Shown piece by piece: positions 41,833 through 53,409 of a stretch of 64,000 bases of DNA (position 1 is the stretch's first letter; each line of letters starts with the position of its first letter). Origin of the DNA: an uncultured Pseudomonadota bacterium (GTDB lineage: Bacteria; Oederibacteriota; Muellerivitia; Muellerivitales; Muellerivitaceae); the NCBI GenBank assembly GCA_963843375.1, contig CAWJKT010000006.1, positions 192,001-256,000 of the forward strand, given 5' to 3'. A program made the position numbers and the translations under genes. The notes beneath the pieces are model-generated. The model saw only the letters and a program-made list of their open reading frames with translations. It was not told the DNA's origin and did not search any database.

Positions 41833-44457
41833 CTATCCTTCGATTTTCTTTTTCCACTCCCCCATTAGGTTCAAGGCTTCGCGGGGAGTTAGGCCGTCCA
41901 CATCCAAACCCTTTAACTCTTCTAAAATCGGATGTTGGGCGCCGGTGCCGAAAAAGGAGAGTTGGGGGGCCGCCGATTCCTGGGTTTCGGCCTTGGAAAG
42001 CGCGGGGGCCTCGGTGGTTTTGGAAAGAAAGGTCCCCGTTTCCAGGCTCGCCAATATTTTCTTGGCCCGGACCACGACTTCATTCGGCACCCCCGCCAAA
42101 CGGGCCACCTGGATACCGTAACTCTTGTCCGTTCCGCCTTCCACGATCTTGCGCAGGAAAAGGATCTGTTCGTTCCATTCCCTCACCGCGATATTGAAAT
42201 TCTTGACGTTGGGAAAAACCCCCGACAGGCGGGTCAATTCATGGTAATGGGTCGCGAAAAGAGTCCGGGCTTTGAGTTTTTGGGCGATATATTCCACCAC
42301 CGCCCAGGCGATGGAAACCCCGTCGTAAGTGGAGGTGCCCCGGCCCACTTCATCCAGGATGAGAAGACTCTTGGCTGTCGCGTGGTTCAAGATATTGGCG
42401 GTCTCCACCATTTCCACCATGAAGGTGCTCTGTCCCTGAGTCAAGGCGTCGGAAGCCCCTACCCTTGAGAAAATGCGGTCGACGATCCCCGCCTTCATTT
42501 GTTTGGCGGGGACATAAAAACCCACTTGGGCCATCAGGGAAAGCAGGGCCACTTGCCGGATATAGGTGCTTTTGCCCGCCATGTTGGGTCCGGTGAGGAC
42601 GATGATCTCGGTGCCGTCCACGCCCAGGTGGGTGTCGTTGGGCACGAATTGGTCAGAGGAAAGAATGCGGTCCAAAACCGGGTGCCGTCCATCGACAATG
42701 GATAGCTCGGGGGAATCATCCACTTCGGGCCGAACGTAACGGCCCCGGTCGGCCACCGCGGCCATGCAGGAAAAGGTGTCCAGTTCGGCGATGATGCGGG
42801 CCACCCGCTGAAGCCGGGAAAGTTCCTTGGCCACCTGGGCGCGGATGCCCTCGAAGATTTCGTACTCCAGGCGGTCGGCCTTGTCCTGAGCCCCGAGCAC
42901 CTTGCCTTCCATTTCCTTGAGTTCGGGCGTGATGAAACGCTCGGCGTTGACCAGGGTTTGTTTGCGGTGGTAATCCTTGGGCACCTTATCCAAGTTGGCC
43001 TTGGAGACTTCGATGTAATAGCCGAAGACAGATGTAAAACGCACCTTGAGGGAGGCGATACCGGTACGGGATTTTTCCTTTTCTTCCAATTGGGCGATCC
43101 AGCTTTTGCCCTCGAGGGAGGCGCTTTTCAACTCATCCAGTTCCTTGTCGTATCCCGCCTTGATGAGTCCCCCTTCTTTCAGGGCCAAGGGGGGCTCGTC
43201 ATGAATGGCCTTTTGCAGCAAATGCTGGACTTCCTTCAGGTTGTCCCAAACCTCCACCCTTTCCTTGATGGCCTGGGCCTTGAATCCCGAAAGCACCTGA
43301 TAGAGCTTGGGCAAGAGGGTAAGGGTATTCTTTAAAGCCACCATATCCCGGGCATTGGCGGTGCCGCAGCCGATGCGGCCGGATAACCTTTCCAAATCGG
43401 ATACTTCCCGGAAATGGTCCCGCATGGTTTCCCGGTCATCCTTGCGGGCCAAAAGCTCCTCAACCGCGTCCTGGCGCCTCTTGATTTGGGAAACCGAAGT
43501 CAAGGGGGTGATGAGCCACTGTCGAAGAAGGCGCCCGCCCATGGAGGTGACCGTCTCATCCAGCACGGAAAGGAGGGTTCCCTCTTTACCGTCATCGCGC
43601 ATGGGCTTGATGATTTCAAGGTTCCTTTGGGTGGTGGCGTCCAGCACCATGCCTTCCCCCACCTGGAAAGTGGAAAGAGAGACCAAATGCGAAAGGACGC
43701 TGTGGGTGGTTTCCTTGAGATATTGCAGGATGGCCCCCGCCGCTTGGATCGCTTGGTCCTGGCCCGACAGGCCAAACCCGTCAAGAGACTTGACCAGAAA
43801 ATGCTCCTCGAGCATATCCTTGCCCTCATCCGTGGAAAATTTCCAATCATCCATATGGGATCGTTTGGCGCCGTTGACCGACTTCAAAAGCCGGCCCCAT
43901 TCCTCAGCCTCGGGCTGGGTATGGGGCAGGAGGATTTCGGAAGGGTTGAATTTGAAAAGTTCGTTGGAAGCCACGGAAAACCGGTCCGGCCCCTGGAGTT
44001 GACAGGCTTTGAACTCGCCGGTCGTCACGTCCACGACTGCGATCCCTAATCCCTGGGCCGATGGGGCGAGGGCGACCAGGTAATTGTTGGATTTCTCCTC
44101 CAGCATGGAGGCCGACAAAATCGTGCCCGGGGTGATGACGCGCGCGATTTCCCGCTTCACCAATCCCTTGGCCAAAGCGGGATCTTCCATTTGCTCGCAA
44201 ATGGCGATGGAATAGCCGTTCTTGACCAGCTTGGAAATGTAGTTATCCGCGGCGTGGAAGGGGATGCCGGCCATAGGGACTTTCTGGTTATTGCCCCCGG
44301 CCCGGGCGGTGAGGGTCAGGTGGAGCACCCTTGCCGCCGTCTTGGCGTCGTCGAAGAACATCTCGTAAAAATCACCCAAACGAAAAAAGAGAATCTCCTC
44401 TTTATGGATTCTCTTCAGGTCGAGGTACTGCTTCATCATGGGCGTCAAATCATCCAT
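41833..44457 (-). CDS. mutS: DNA mismatch repair protein MutS
   Basis: TPMMKQY, FRLGDFYEMF, TGPNMAGKSTYIRQ, DEVGRGTST, SYGIQVARLAG. Confidence 0.98.
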   Translation of the reverse strand: MDDLTPMMKQYLDLKRIHKEEILFFRLGDFYEMFFDDAKTAARVLHLTLTARAGGNNQKVPMAGIPFHAADNYISKLVKNGYSIAICEQMEDPALAKGLVKREIARVITPGTILSASMLEEKSNNYLVALAPSAQGLGIAVVDVTTGEFKACQLQGPDRFSVASNELFKFNPSEILLPHTQPEAEEWGRLLKSVNGAKRSHMDDWKFSTDEGKDMLEEHFLVKSLDGFGLSGQDQAIQAAGAILQYLKETTHSVLSHLVSLSTFQVGEGMVLDATTQRNLEIIKPMRDDGKEGTLLSVLDETVTSMGGRLLRQWLITPLTSVSQIKRRQDAVEELLARKDDRETMRDHFREVSDLERLSGRIGCGTANARDMVALKNTLTLLPKLYQVLSGFKAQAIKERVEVWDNLKEVQHLLQKAIHDEPPLALKEGGLIKAGYDKELDELKSASLEGKSWIAQLEEKEKSRTGIASLKVRFTSVFGYYIEVSKANLDKVPKDYHRKQTLVNAERFITPELKEMEGKVLGAQDKADRLEYEIFEGIRAQVAKELSRLQRVARIIAELDTFSCMAAVADRGRYVRPEVDDSPELSIVDGRHPVLDRILSSDQFVPNDTHLGVDGTEIIVLTGPNMAGKSTYIRQVALLSLMAQVGFYVPAKQMKAGIVDRIFSRVGASDALTQGQSTFMVEMVETANILNHATAKSLLILDEVGRGTSTYDGVSIAWAVVEYIAQKLKARTLFATHYHELTRLSGVFPNVKNFNIAVREWNEQILFLRKIVEGGTDKSYGIQVARLAGVPNEVVVRAKKILASLETGTFLSKTTEAPALSKAETQESAAPQLSFFGTGAQHPILEELKGLDVDGLTPREALNLMGEWKKKIEG

Positions 44458-44577
44458 TCAGCACCTGGCCCTAAAGTTTGGCCTCGGAGGGCCTGAGAAC
44501 CATCGAGAATTCGCCGCTGCTTTTCCATCTTCCACAAAAGCCTTTTAGAGCCGCTTCGTAAATTCAAAGGGGCTTGG

Positions 44578-45570
44578 TTAATTGATAACGACAATGGGGA
44601 TGCCTTTGGCCATATAGGACAAACTTTTCTGGGCGGGCACATAGCCTTGGTCCGCTGATTTTTGAAAGAATTCTTTCGCCTTATTCAAATCCTTGTCGAC
44701 TCCCTCTCCCTGCTGGTAACAGGCGCCCAGGTAAAACTCGCCTTTGGGGTCGCCTTGATCCGCAGCCTTCCGGTACCAATTGAATTCTTCATGATAATCC
44801 CGGTTAACGCCAAGACCCTTTCGATAAAGGCTGGCCATGGACGTTTGGGCATAGGGGTTTCCAGCATCGGCGCTCTTCCTTATCCATTGGACGCCCGAAT
44901 TGACATCTTTGGGGATTCCAAGGCCTATGAGATAGTGGGTTCCCAACTGGGCTTCCCCGGCGGTATTGCCCGATTCCGCCGCTTTTCGAAACAAGGAAAC
45001 CGCGCCGCTATAATCCTCTTTTTGTTCATCCACCATGCCTTGGGACACCCAAGAGTCCGCTTCGTCGCTCCCCCTATCGGCAAGATGATTGGTAAAAACG
45101 GGAATATTTTTTTTCTTGTCTTCTTCAGCCGCGGTTATGGAGGCTAACCTCTTCAGGGCGTTTTCCGCCCCGATAAACCCCTGCTGAAGGGCCGTCTGAT
45201 AATATTTCTTGGCTTCCCCCAGGTTCAGAGCCACACCCCAGCCGTTCTCATAACAGCTTCCCAGGTGAAACTCGCTCCTGGAGTCTCCCTGATCCGAAGA
45301 CTTGCGGAACCATTTCACCGCCAGCTGCTCGTCAACCCTGACGCCCTGACCCGTCAAGTAACAATAACCCAGGTGATACTGCGCCTCCGAATTACCGGCT
45401 TCGGCGGCAATCCGGAACCATTGGAATGCCTTGCCATATTTCCCCATTTTTTGGGCGTCCAAACCCTTTTGCAGAATCCCATTGACTCCGCTTTGGGCGA
45501 AGGCTGCGTTTTTTCCTGATCCCAAAAGGCTCAGGGCCAAAACCAACCCCAGAAGCGCTCGTTTCATCAT
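44578..45570 (-). CDS. Sel1-like repeat protein, exported
   Basis: Signal peptide; repeated AQY.LG..Y..G.GV..D...A..W.RK.A..G. Confidence 0.88.
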   Translation of the reverse strand: MMKRALLGLVLALSLLGSGKNAAFAQSGVNGILQKGLDAQKMGKYGKAFQWFRIAAEAGNSEAQYHLGYCYLTGQGVRVDEQLAVKWFRKSSDQGDSRSEFHLGSCYENGWGVALNLGEAKKYYQTALQQGFIGAENALKRLASITAAEEDKKKNIPVFTNHLADRGSDEADSWVSQGMVDEQKEDYSGAVSLFRKAAESGNTAGEAQLGTHYLIGLGIPKDVNSGVQWIRKSADAGNPYAQTSMASLYRKGLGVNRDYHEEFNWYRKAADQGDPKGEFYLGACYQQGEGVDKDLNKAKEFFQKSADQGYVPAQKSLSYMAKGIPIVVIN

Positions 45571-45645
45571 TTTTTCCTCCCTTCGCCCAAAACCCAGAAT
45601 ATCTCCCTAGTCCAGCTTTCACCTTTGAGGACGCTCAACTAAAGA

Positions 45646-46824
45646 TTATTCCTCGATGACAATGGCTTTTTCTTTGGTCTTTCGCGCCAATTCTCTGGCG
45701 ACTTTTTCGGCGGAAGCCCGGTCGGCAAAATGTCCGACACGCACTTTGTAGTAGGTATAGGGTACCCCATCCTGTTGGGCGGTTACCACGTAAGAACCGT
45801 ATCCCGCTTTTTTGATCAATCTTCTCGTTTTATCCACGTTGAACTTCTTGGAATAAACCCCCACCTGAACATGGAAGGGTTTTGAAATCACGACTTCTTG
45901 AGTATTTTGAGTTTCGGTAGCTGGAGATGAGGTAACCGTTTCAACCGTCGGGGTCGGTTCCGCTAAAACAGCGGCCATGGTCGCCGTGGGCTCGGGGGCT
46001 TGGGCTTCGGGGGAACGAGGCAATTCCGCGTGCTGGCTTTCCAGGTCCCGCAGGCGTTCCCGGGCCTCCGCGACCTCAAAAGACTTGGGATATTGATCGA
46101 TCAGGTTCTGGTAAGCGGCGTGGGCCTCTTTCCATTTCTTTTCAGCCTCGTAGGTTTGCCCGAGCCTGAGGTAAACCAGGTTTAATTCATCGTAAAGGTG
46201 GTATTGGTCGAGGATTCTTAAATATTGGTTCTGGGCGTCGGCATATTTTTTCAATTTGTAATAAGCCGTTCCCATTCCCACCAGTGACTTGGGAGCCCAG
46301 GGGCTGTCCTTGGCGCCGTTCAAAGCCCTTTTAAATTCCTCGGCCGCCTCCTTGTTTTGGTCCATGGCCAAAAGCGAGGACGCGTACCAATAGTGGATCT
46401 CCGGCAAGGAGGCGCTTTTGGGGTAGTTGTCGAGGAAATCCTTATAGCTCTGGGCGGCGTCCGCGTACTTATCCGCCAGGTAATAACGGGCTCCCAAATC
46501 CTTTTGGGCCTCTTCCCCCTCGGGCCGGGCGTTATATTCGGCCGCGAGATCCTTGAACTGGGCGATGGAAATGTTGAAGTCCTCCTGGAGGTTGGCCAGA
46601 AGCAGGCGGGCCTTGGGAATAAAATCCTCCATCGGGTGCTTGGCCACCAGTTGGTTCAGGATGTCCTTGGATTCCTGGTAATTCTTTTGGTCGAATAGCT
46701 TTTGGGCCTTTTCAAAAAGGGAGCGGCTATCCTCCGGGGTGGCGGTTGGATCCGGCATCCCCTCCGAGGCTCGAAGAAGACAGGGACCGGCGCAAAGAAG
46801 AAGGATTAAAATAATTTTTTTCAT
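45646..46824 (-). CDS. TPR-repeat protein with C-terminal SPOR domain
   Basis: Signal peptide; TPRs ending in YPKS; FHVQVGVYS...YKVRVGHFADRASAEK. Confidence 0.85.
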   Translation of the reverse strand: MKKIILILLLCAGPCLLRASEGMPDPTATPEDSRSLFEKAQKLFDQKNYQESKDILNQLVAKHPMEDFIPKARLLLANLQEDFNISIAQFKDLAAEYNARPEGEEAQKDLGARYYLADKYADAAQSYKDFLDNYPKSASLPEIHYWYASSLLAMDQNKEAAEEFKRALNGAKDSPWAPKSLVGMGTAYYKLKKYADAQNQYLRILDQYHLYDELNLVYLRLGQTYEAEKKWKEAHAAYQNLIDQYPKSFEVAEARERLRDLESQHAELPRSPEAQAPEPTATMAAVLAEPTPTVETVTSSPATETQNTQEVVISKPFHVQVGVYSKKFNVDKTRRLIKKAGYGSYVVTAQQDGVPYTYYKVRVGHFADRASAEKVARELARKTKEKAIVIEE

Positions 46825-46836
46825 GGAACCTCGCGA

Positions 46837-48195
46837 TTATCGTGAATGCGCAACCGACCCAAAGAGATTGGCGACTTTGTGGTTTTCGATATTAACCCAA
46901 ACCTTGTCCCCCGCTTTGTACCCTTTTCCTGGAAAAACAACGGTGCGGTTTTGGCGGCTTTTGCCGTAGAAAGCGTTAGGCGTCTTGTCCGCCGGGCCTT
47001 CAACGAGCACTTCCTCGATCCTGCCCAGGCGGGCCTCGCAACTTTCAAAAGCGTGCTTCCAGGCCTTCTCATTGAGCCGGGCCAACCGCTCATCCTTCAC
47101 TTCCTCCGGCACTTGATCCAGCATCCGTGCCGCGGGCGTTCCGAGCCGCGGGGAGTATTTAAAGCTATAGACGGCGTCATATCGGACTTGATCCAGCAAA
47201 TCCAAGGTCTGCTGAAAGTCTTCATCCGTTTCCCCGGGGAATCCGATAATAAGGTCGGTGGTGATAAAAAGATCCTGGATGGAGGATCTAAGCTTTTGAA
47301 CCCGTTCCAGGTAATGGGCCACGTTGTATTTGCGGCTCATCCGCTTCAACACTTTGTCCGATCCGCACTGCACCGGCAAATGAATGGACTCGCAAACCGA
47401 GGGCACCCTGGCCATGACTTCCACCAACTCATCGGATAAATCCAGTGGATGGGAAGTCATAAAACGCACCCGCTCGATCCCTTCCACTCCGCCCACTTGT
47501 CCCAATAGCTCCGGGAAGGTGATCGTCTTGGCCCTTCGACTTCAACCCCAATCCATAGGAATTCACGTTCTGGCCCAGCAGCATGACTTCCTTCACGCCC
47601 GCCCTCGCAATCGCCTGTAATTTCCTCCAGAATACTCTCGGTGGGGCGGGAAACTTCCCGGCCCCGGGTAAAAGGAACCACGCAAAAGGTGCAGAACTTA
47701 TCGCAGCCCTTCATGATTTCAATAAAAGCCCGGTGGGGCTGGGAAAGCCGGGACGGGATCGTTCTGCGGGAAATAAACCGGGTCGAAATCCGCCAGCACC
47801 TGGCTTTGGCCCGTCCTGAAGCCTCCCGGATGACCTGGGGAACCTTTAAATATTGGTCGGGTCCCACCACCATGTCCAAATGGGGCGCCCTTTCCATCAA
47901 TTGGTCTTTATAGCTGGTAGCCATACAGCCCAGGACGCCGATGACCCGGCCTTCCCTGCCGCGTTTCCAATCGGCCAGTTGGCCCAGGCGGGAAAAAACC
48001 TTGTGTTCGGCGTGGTCGACGGATGGAACAGGTGTTAAAGAGAATGACGTCGGCTTCTTCAATCGATTGGGTCATGGAAAAATCGTTTTTGAGGAGAAGG
48101 CCCGTGACGTGGTCCGATTCCAGAACGTTGGACTGGCATCCAAAGGTTTCCATAAAAACCTTTTTTTCTTTCGTTTTCGCGGTCAAAGTTTCCAT
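46837..48195 (-). CDS. miaB: tRNA methylthiotransferase MiaB (several apparent frameshifts)
   Basis: TFGCQSN, NTCSI, GVLGCMA, GCDKFCTFC radical-SAM motif, TDLIIGFPGET, TRAM-like C-terminus. Confidence 0.9.
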
Positions 48196-48349
48196 GATTT
48201 TCCTATGTTATTAAGGGTGAAGGGTTTTGATTTTACAGGATGGCGTAAAAGTCTTAAAGCAGGACTTTACATGAATATGGGGGAAATCCCTGTTATTCGT
48301 TGTCCTGGCTGGCGGGAGGAGCCGATATATCCCCAAGCTAGGGGAAAGG

Positions 48350-48637
48350 TTATCGATGGTGCATAATCAATAAAGCCAGCAATAGGGCGAAAAGGATGAC
48401 ACAAAACCGAAGGATCCACCGGGCATTGCCCGGGGAAAAACGGGCTCCATACAAACCCCTGGGGATCTTCCCAACGATGTCCCTGGGATGAAAAACATTT
48501 CCTTCTTCATCATAAATCAGAGGTAAGTTGGCGCCGCAACGGCCGCAAATTTTGTTTTCGGGGATATTCATGGCCCCGCACCGAAGGCACTCCACATCGT
48601 TGTTCCGGCGGGGTTTGGAAGGAATCGTTTCCGGCAC
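48350..48637 (-). CDS. Zinc-ribbon membrane protein
   Basis: CLRC...CGRCGANL and a C-terminal TM helix. Confidence 0.6.
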   Translation of the reverse strand: MPETIPSKPRRNNDVECLRCGAMNIPENKICGRCGANLPLIYDEEGNVFHPRDIVGKIPRGLYGARFSPGNARWILRFCVILFALLLALLIMHHR

Positions 48638-48642
48638 GGGTT

Positions 48643-49899
48643 TTATTTAAGCCCCGAGAGGCGGGTCAGGATCAATCCCACTTTCTTGGCTTCCTCCGGC
48701 ATTTTTTTCTGCGTGAAAACAACCTGAAGCTTTTTGTAGATATCGATGACTTCCTGCTTCTTTCCCATCTTCAGGCAGATTTCGGCTTTTTTCTTGAGGA
48801 CTTCGATATTGTCGGGCTCCAGCGCCAGGATGGAATCAAAATAACCGAAGGCGGCGTCCGTCTTGTTATCCTTCAAAGCGCCCAGCGCCAGATTGAGATA
48901 TATTTGAAGGGCCTCGCTCCTTTTGCCCACTTGCAAAAGTATGCGGGCCAAGCGGGGCTGGAGTTTGGGATCATCGGGGCGTTTTTGAAGCAGGATGGCG
49001 ATGTGGCTTTGGGCAGCGTTCCAATCCTTGGTTTCCTCTGAAAGAGCCAACAATTGTTCCACCAGGCCTATATCCTCGGGGTTTTCCTTGAGGATGGCTT
49101 CCAATTGCTGCTTGGCTTCGGCGGTTTTTTTCAATGCCATGAAAGTCTTGGCCAAGAGGAGTTTCAAATCCCCCCTGCCGACCTGGGTCGCCGCCTCAAT
49201 CGCGTTCTTGGCTTCTTCATACTGACCGGAATCAAAAGCCAGCTGGGCGAGTTTTCCGTAATGCTTGGCGGCGGCCTCCGAATCCCCCTTTTGCTGGGCC
49301 AGGCTCGCCAGCAAGCGAAGGGTGTCGATGCCTTCCGGATCGATGAGGGAGAGTTTACCCGCGTAGGTTTGAGCCATCTCCAGGCGCCCCTCAGAAAAAT
49401 GGATATCCGCGACCGCTTTCAACTGGGCTGCCGCCTCGGAAACCATGGCGTTCTCCAGGAATAAGTTGGCCAGCCTCTCCCGGTAGGAGAAATTGATGGG
49501 CTCAGCCGCGATTAACTGTTGGAAATAAGCCACCGCCTCGTCCAGCCGCCCGTCGGCCGCCAGACGATCGGCTTCCTGGGTCTTGGTGATGGAGAGAAAA
49601 TATTGCTTTTGTTTGATGTCCATTCGATCGGGCGAAAGCTTGGCAATTTTTCTCTCGATGGAGGCGACTTTGTTGGACTGTCCCTGCTTTTCGTAAATTT
49701 CCTTGGATTTCAGGTAAGACTGGAAGGCGTCGGCGTCATCTTTTTTCTTGGCGTAGGCGTCGCCCATCATATTGTGAACGTGGGCGTCCTGGGGATCGAA
49801 CGCCAAGAGTTTTTTGTATTCCTCGATGGCCTTATACCACTCTTCTCCCTGAACGTAGAGAAAGGCCATCTTGACTATCATCGCCTTATCGTCTGGCAT
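48643..49899 (-). CDS. TPR-repeat protein (cytoplasmic)
   Basis: TPR motifs throughout; no signal peptide. Confidence 0.8.
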   Translation of the reverse strand: MPDDKAMIVKMAFLYVQGEEWYKAIEEYKKLLAFDPQDAHVHNMMGDAYAKKKDDADAFQSYLKSKEIYEKQGQSNKVASIERKIAKLSPDRMDIKQKQYFLSITKTQEADRLAADGRLDEAVAYFQQLIAAEPINFSYRERLANLFLENAMVSEAAAQLKAVADIHFSEGRLEMAQTYAGKLSLIDPEGIDTLRLLASLAQQKGDSEAAAKHYGKLAQLAFDSGQYEEAKNAIEAATQVGRGDLKLLLAKTFMALKKTAEAKQQLEAILKENPEDIGLVEQLLALSEETKDWNAAQSHIAILLQKRPDDPKLQPRLARILLQVGKRSEALQIYLNLALGALKDNKTDAAFGYFDSILALEPDNIEVLKKKAEICLKMGKKQEVIDIYKKLQVVFTQKKMPEEAKKVGLILTRLSGLK

Positions 49900-50100
49900 A
49901 TAAAAACCTCATGAACCAACCACAAGTCGCCAAGACAAGGTACCCTTGATTGGAAGCGTTTTTAAAAGATCTTTTCATATTACCGGCTGCCTTTGCTTTT
50001 TCCGGGGATGGAACGTTTAAAAAGAAATGACTTAAAACCAATTTTCCGGTCTTTTCATTGGGTCTTCCTATTTCAACGGTGAACTTGTTTTTGGGAAATA

Positions 50101-51798
50101 TCAAGGCTTCAATCCCTGGACACTATAGGCCACGACCTTCTCGGTTTTGCCTTTGACTTTGATGGGATCCAGCATAACGGCTTCAACTTTGTTTTTGACC
50201 CGTTCGTAGGTCGAGGCTGAAATCAGGATTTGTCCCTTTTCCGCGACCGATTCCAGGCGCTGGGTCAGGTTGACGTTATCGCCGATGGCGGTATATTCCA
50301 TCCGCTCGTTGGAGCCGATATTGCCGACCACAACTTCACCCGTGTTGATGCCGATTCCAATGTTCACTTCCAGCTTTCCCTCCATCCTCCACTTGGCCTG
50401 GAGTTCCGTCATTTTCCGGGCCATTTCAATCGCCGTCAAAACCGCCCGTTCCGCGTGATCGGCAATTTCAATGGGCGCCCCATAAACCGCCATGATAGCG
50501 TCACCCATGAATTTATCCAACGTTCCTTCATATTTAAAAATGATGGCCGTCATGGCCGTGAAATATTCATTCAACAATTGGACTACTTCCTCGGCGCTCA
50601 AAGTCTCGGCCATGGAGGTAAATCCCCGAATGTCGGAAAAGAAAACCGTAACCACTTTTTTCTCCCCTCCCAGTTTCAAACCGTCCCGGTGCTGGAGGAT
50701 CCGGTCCACCACGCTTTTGGTCACATATTTGGAAAAAGCCCCTTTAATGACTTCTTTCTCCCGCAGGGACTTGGCCATGTCGTTGAAGGCGTCGGTTAAA
50801 TCCCCCAATTCATCCGAGCGCTTAATGTTGATCTTTTGGTCCAGGTTGCCCGCCGCGATGGCCGAAACCCCCTTCACCAAAAGGCGGATAGGCTTGATCA
50901 TGACCGTTACGAAAACCATCATGACGAGAATGCCTAAAATGAGAACTCCCACGGTGCTGAGGATGATGGCCACCGCGACGTAACGCACCACCCGGGTGAT
51001 GATGTTTTGGTTCATTCCCAGGTGAACCTCGCCGATTTTGATCGCCTTTCCTTCCGCCGCCACATTGATTGGCGCCGCGATGTCATAAATCAGGCGGCCA
51101 TGGTCCTGGAAAGTCTGGACAAGGATGGTATCCGTGTCGGCCATGGGATGGACTCCCGGGGGCGGCGTATAGGTCTCATGCTCGGTGTATTTTTGAATAT
51201 CGCCCTTGAGGTCGGAATAGGCCAGGTACTTGTTGTTCTTATCGATGATGAAGGAGTACTCGGTATTGCCCCTCTTGGTGTTTTCAGCGTCCGGCCAGAT
51301 GTATTTTTGAATATCTTCATTATAAATGTTGATCAAAGCCAGGACTTGCTCCTCCAAGGGGGTTAAGTCGGACGGGATATTCTGGTCGGACTGGCTGGAT
51401 TCCATCTTTACGGCGTCATTGACGAATTGCATCAAGGGGAGGGTGGGATCACCCGCTTGGGAGACGGGCTGATTGAGTTGGAGAACCAGATCCCCGCTGT
51501 TCAAGGCCAGACTTCGGGCCTGTGACTCGCCGCGGTTAACCACCTGTTGGACCAGGGTTTCCTTCATTTGGCTAAGAACCAGCCAAGTCACCGTGCCCAT
51601 CACCAGGAATATCAGCAAGGTCAAGAACAGGATGAATTTGACACGAAGGGAAAAAAGGTGGTGCCTGCGGCCTTGCCTCGCCCCTGAAACACCTGGATTC
51701 TTAGGCGCGGACTGGCTCAAAAAAGCTCTCCTGAAACGGTTTGACGAAAAAGCGCGGCAAGACGGGTTTACTATAAACAAGCGGTTTTGGCGTGTCAA
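50101..51798 (-). CDS. Class III adenylate/guanylate cyclase with HAMP and periplasmic sensor
   Basis: Two TM helices, HAMP (DELGDLTDAFNDM), FFSDIRGFT, DKFMGDA, YTAIGDNVN...RLE. Confidence 0.9.
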   Translation of the reverse strand: MTRQNRLFIVNPSCRAFSSNRFRRAFLSQSAPKNPGVSGARQGRRHHLFSLRVKFILFLTLLIFLVMGTVTWLVLSQMKETLVQQVVNRGESQARSLALNSGDLVLQLNQPVSQAGDPTLPLMQFVNDAVKMESSQSDQNIPSDLTPLEEQVLALINIYNEDIQKYIWPDAENTKRGNTEYSFIIDKNNKYLAYSDLKGDIQKYTEHETYTPPPGVHPMADTDTILVQTFQDHGRLIYDIAAPINVAAEGKAIKIGEVHLGMNQNIITRVVRYVAVAIILSTVGVLILGILVMMVFVTVMIKPIRLLVKGVSAIAAGNLDQKINIKRSDELGDLTDAFNDMAKSLREKEVIKGAFSKYVTKSVVDRILQHRDGLKLGGEKKVVTVFFSDIRGFTSMAETLSAEEVVQLLNEYFTAMTAIIFKYEGTLDKFMGDAIMAVYGAPIEIADHAERAVLTAIEMARKMTELQAKWRMEGKLEVNIGIGINTGEVVVGNIGSNERMEYTAIGDNVNLTQRLESVAEKGQILISASTYERVKNKVEAVMLDPIKVKGKTEKVVAYSVQGLKP

Positions 51799-52508
51799 AC
51801 ATAACGGGGATTTCCAAGCGAACTTAATTCTCGGAAGTGGGTTCGGGTGGCGGGATTGGGATCCGCGGGCGGCTCGAAATTCGACGATTCATTTTCCATC
51901 GCGGGAGCCAGTCCTAATTTGGTTTCCCGGCGGCGCAATTCCCCCTCCATTTCTTTCAAGAACTCCGGGGAAGGCTTGTCGCCGGCCAATTCCTGGATTT
52001 CGGAAACTTTGGGAAGGTCGGATAAATCCTTCAGGCCAAAATGCAACAAGAACTCATGGGTGGTGGCGTAAAGCAGGGGCCTTCCCGGGGTTTCGGCCCT
52101 TCCCAATATCCTCACCATCTTTTTTTCCAGGAGGGATTGGACCAGGTTGCTCACTTCCACTCCGCGGATGGCCTCAACTTCCGCCCGGGTGACGGGCTGT
52201 TTATAAGCAATGATGGCCAGGGCTTCCAGGGCCGCCTTGGAAAGGCGGGTTTTGGAAATAACCTTGTAAAGTTCCTTCGCCCACTTGTGATACTCGGGGC
52301 GCGTCACGAGTTGGAAGCCTTCGGCGATTTGGATAACCTGGAAACTTCGATCCATCCCGTTGATATCCTCCTGAAGCGAGGCCAAGGCCTGTTGGACTTC
52401 GTCCAGGGTGGTGTCCTTCACGAAAGAGACGATTTTCTTCGGAGCAAGGGGGATTTCGCTCACGAAAAGAAGGCTCTCAAGGATTTTTTTAAGTTTTTCT
52501 AATTCCAT
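51795..52508 (-). CDS. scpB: SMC-Scp complex subunit ScpB
   Basis: LSKAALEALAIIAYKQPVTRAEVEAIRGV, GRPLLYATT..FL.HFGL..L.DLP. Confidence 0.93.
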   Translation of the reverse strand: MELEKLKKILESLLFVSEIPLAPKKIVSFVKDTTLDEVQQALASLQEDINGMDRSFQVIQIAEGFQLVTRPEYHKWAKELYKVISKTRLSKAALEALAIIAYKQPVTRAEVEAIRGVEVSNLVQSLLEKKMVRILGRAETPGRPLLYATTHEFLLHFGLKDLSDLPKVSEIQELAGDKPSPEFLKEMEGELRRRETKLGLAPAMENESSNFEPPADPNPATRTHFRELSSLGNPRYV

Positions 52509-52560
52509 GGGTTGGATATTCCTCCGTAAATTATTGGTGTTGAAAGCCGGTTCAATTGGG

Positions 52561-53383
52561 TCAAGACACGCTCGGAGAATTACCGGGTGTTTCAATCGTG
52601 GACAAATGAACTTCGATTTCCCCAAAAACCTTATCTTGAAAAACCCGCACCAGTTTCAATCGAACCATTTCTAACAGGGCCAAAAGAGCCACGATTTTTT
52701 CGATTTTGGTACGGCAAGCCGTCAAAAAAGGGCGAAATACAACTTTTTGGTCGGTTTGAAGCAAATCCATCAAATCATTGATCTTCTGACTCACCGTGAT
52801 CTCGGGCCTGGTCAATTCGGCGGTCACATCTTCTTGGGTGTGAATCAGGACGTCTTTAAAGGCGGCCAAAAGGCCGAAAAGGGTGACTTCTTCCAGATGT
52901 TCCTCCTGTCCCACTTCCTTCATATCCATCGGAACGTTCCGGGGAAAGAGATAGTGCTTGTTTTTTTCCATGTCCAATAATTGGTCCGCGGCGTCCTTGA
53001 ATTTTTTATACTCAATCAACCGCCGCATCAATTCCAGACGGGGGTCCTCTTCGGGTTGGTCGGGTGTAGGGTCGACGGGCAAAAGCATCCGGCTCTTAAT
53101 TTGCATGAGAGTGGCGGCCATCACCAAAAAATCACCCGCGATTTCCAAGGTTGAGGGACTCCATGATCTCGATATAAGCCAGGTATTCCTTGGTGATTTT
53201 GGAGATGGGAATATCGTAAATATCCAGTTCGTGTTCTTTGATGAGGTGAAGAAGCAGGTCCATGGGCCCGTCAAAATAGGGCAGGGTAATTTGATAGGTC
53301 GAGCGTTGGTCGTCCTGATTGATGATTTCCTTGATGACGACCTGGGTGGTGGAAGAAGAAAGGGATAACGGCCACCGGCTCAA
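52561..53383 (-). CDS. scpA: Segregation/condensation protein ScpA (apparent frameshift near 53150)
   Basis: FDGPMDLLLHLI..ELDIYDIPI, AGDFLVMAATL..IKSRMLLP, LLALLEMVR..Q..FGEI. Confidence 0.9.
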
Positions 53384-53409
53384 TGTCGGCGTTATTTTCC
53401 GGATTCATT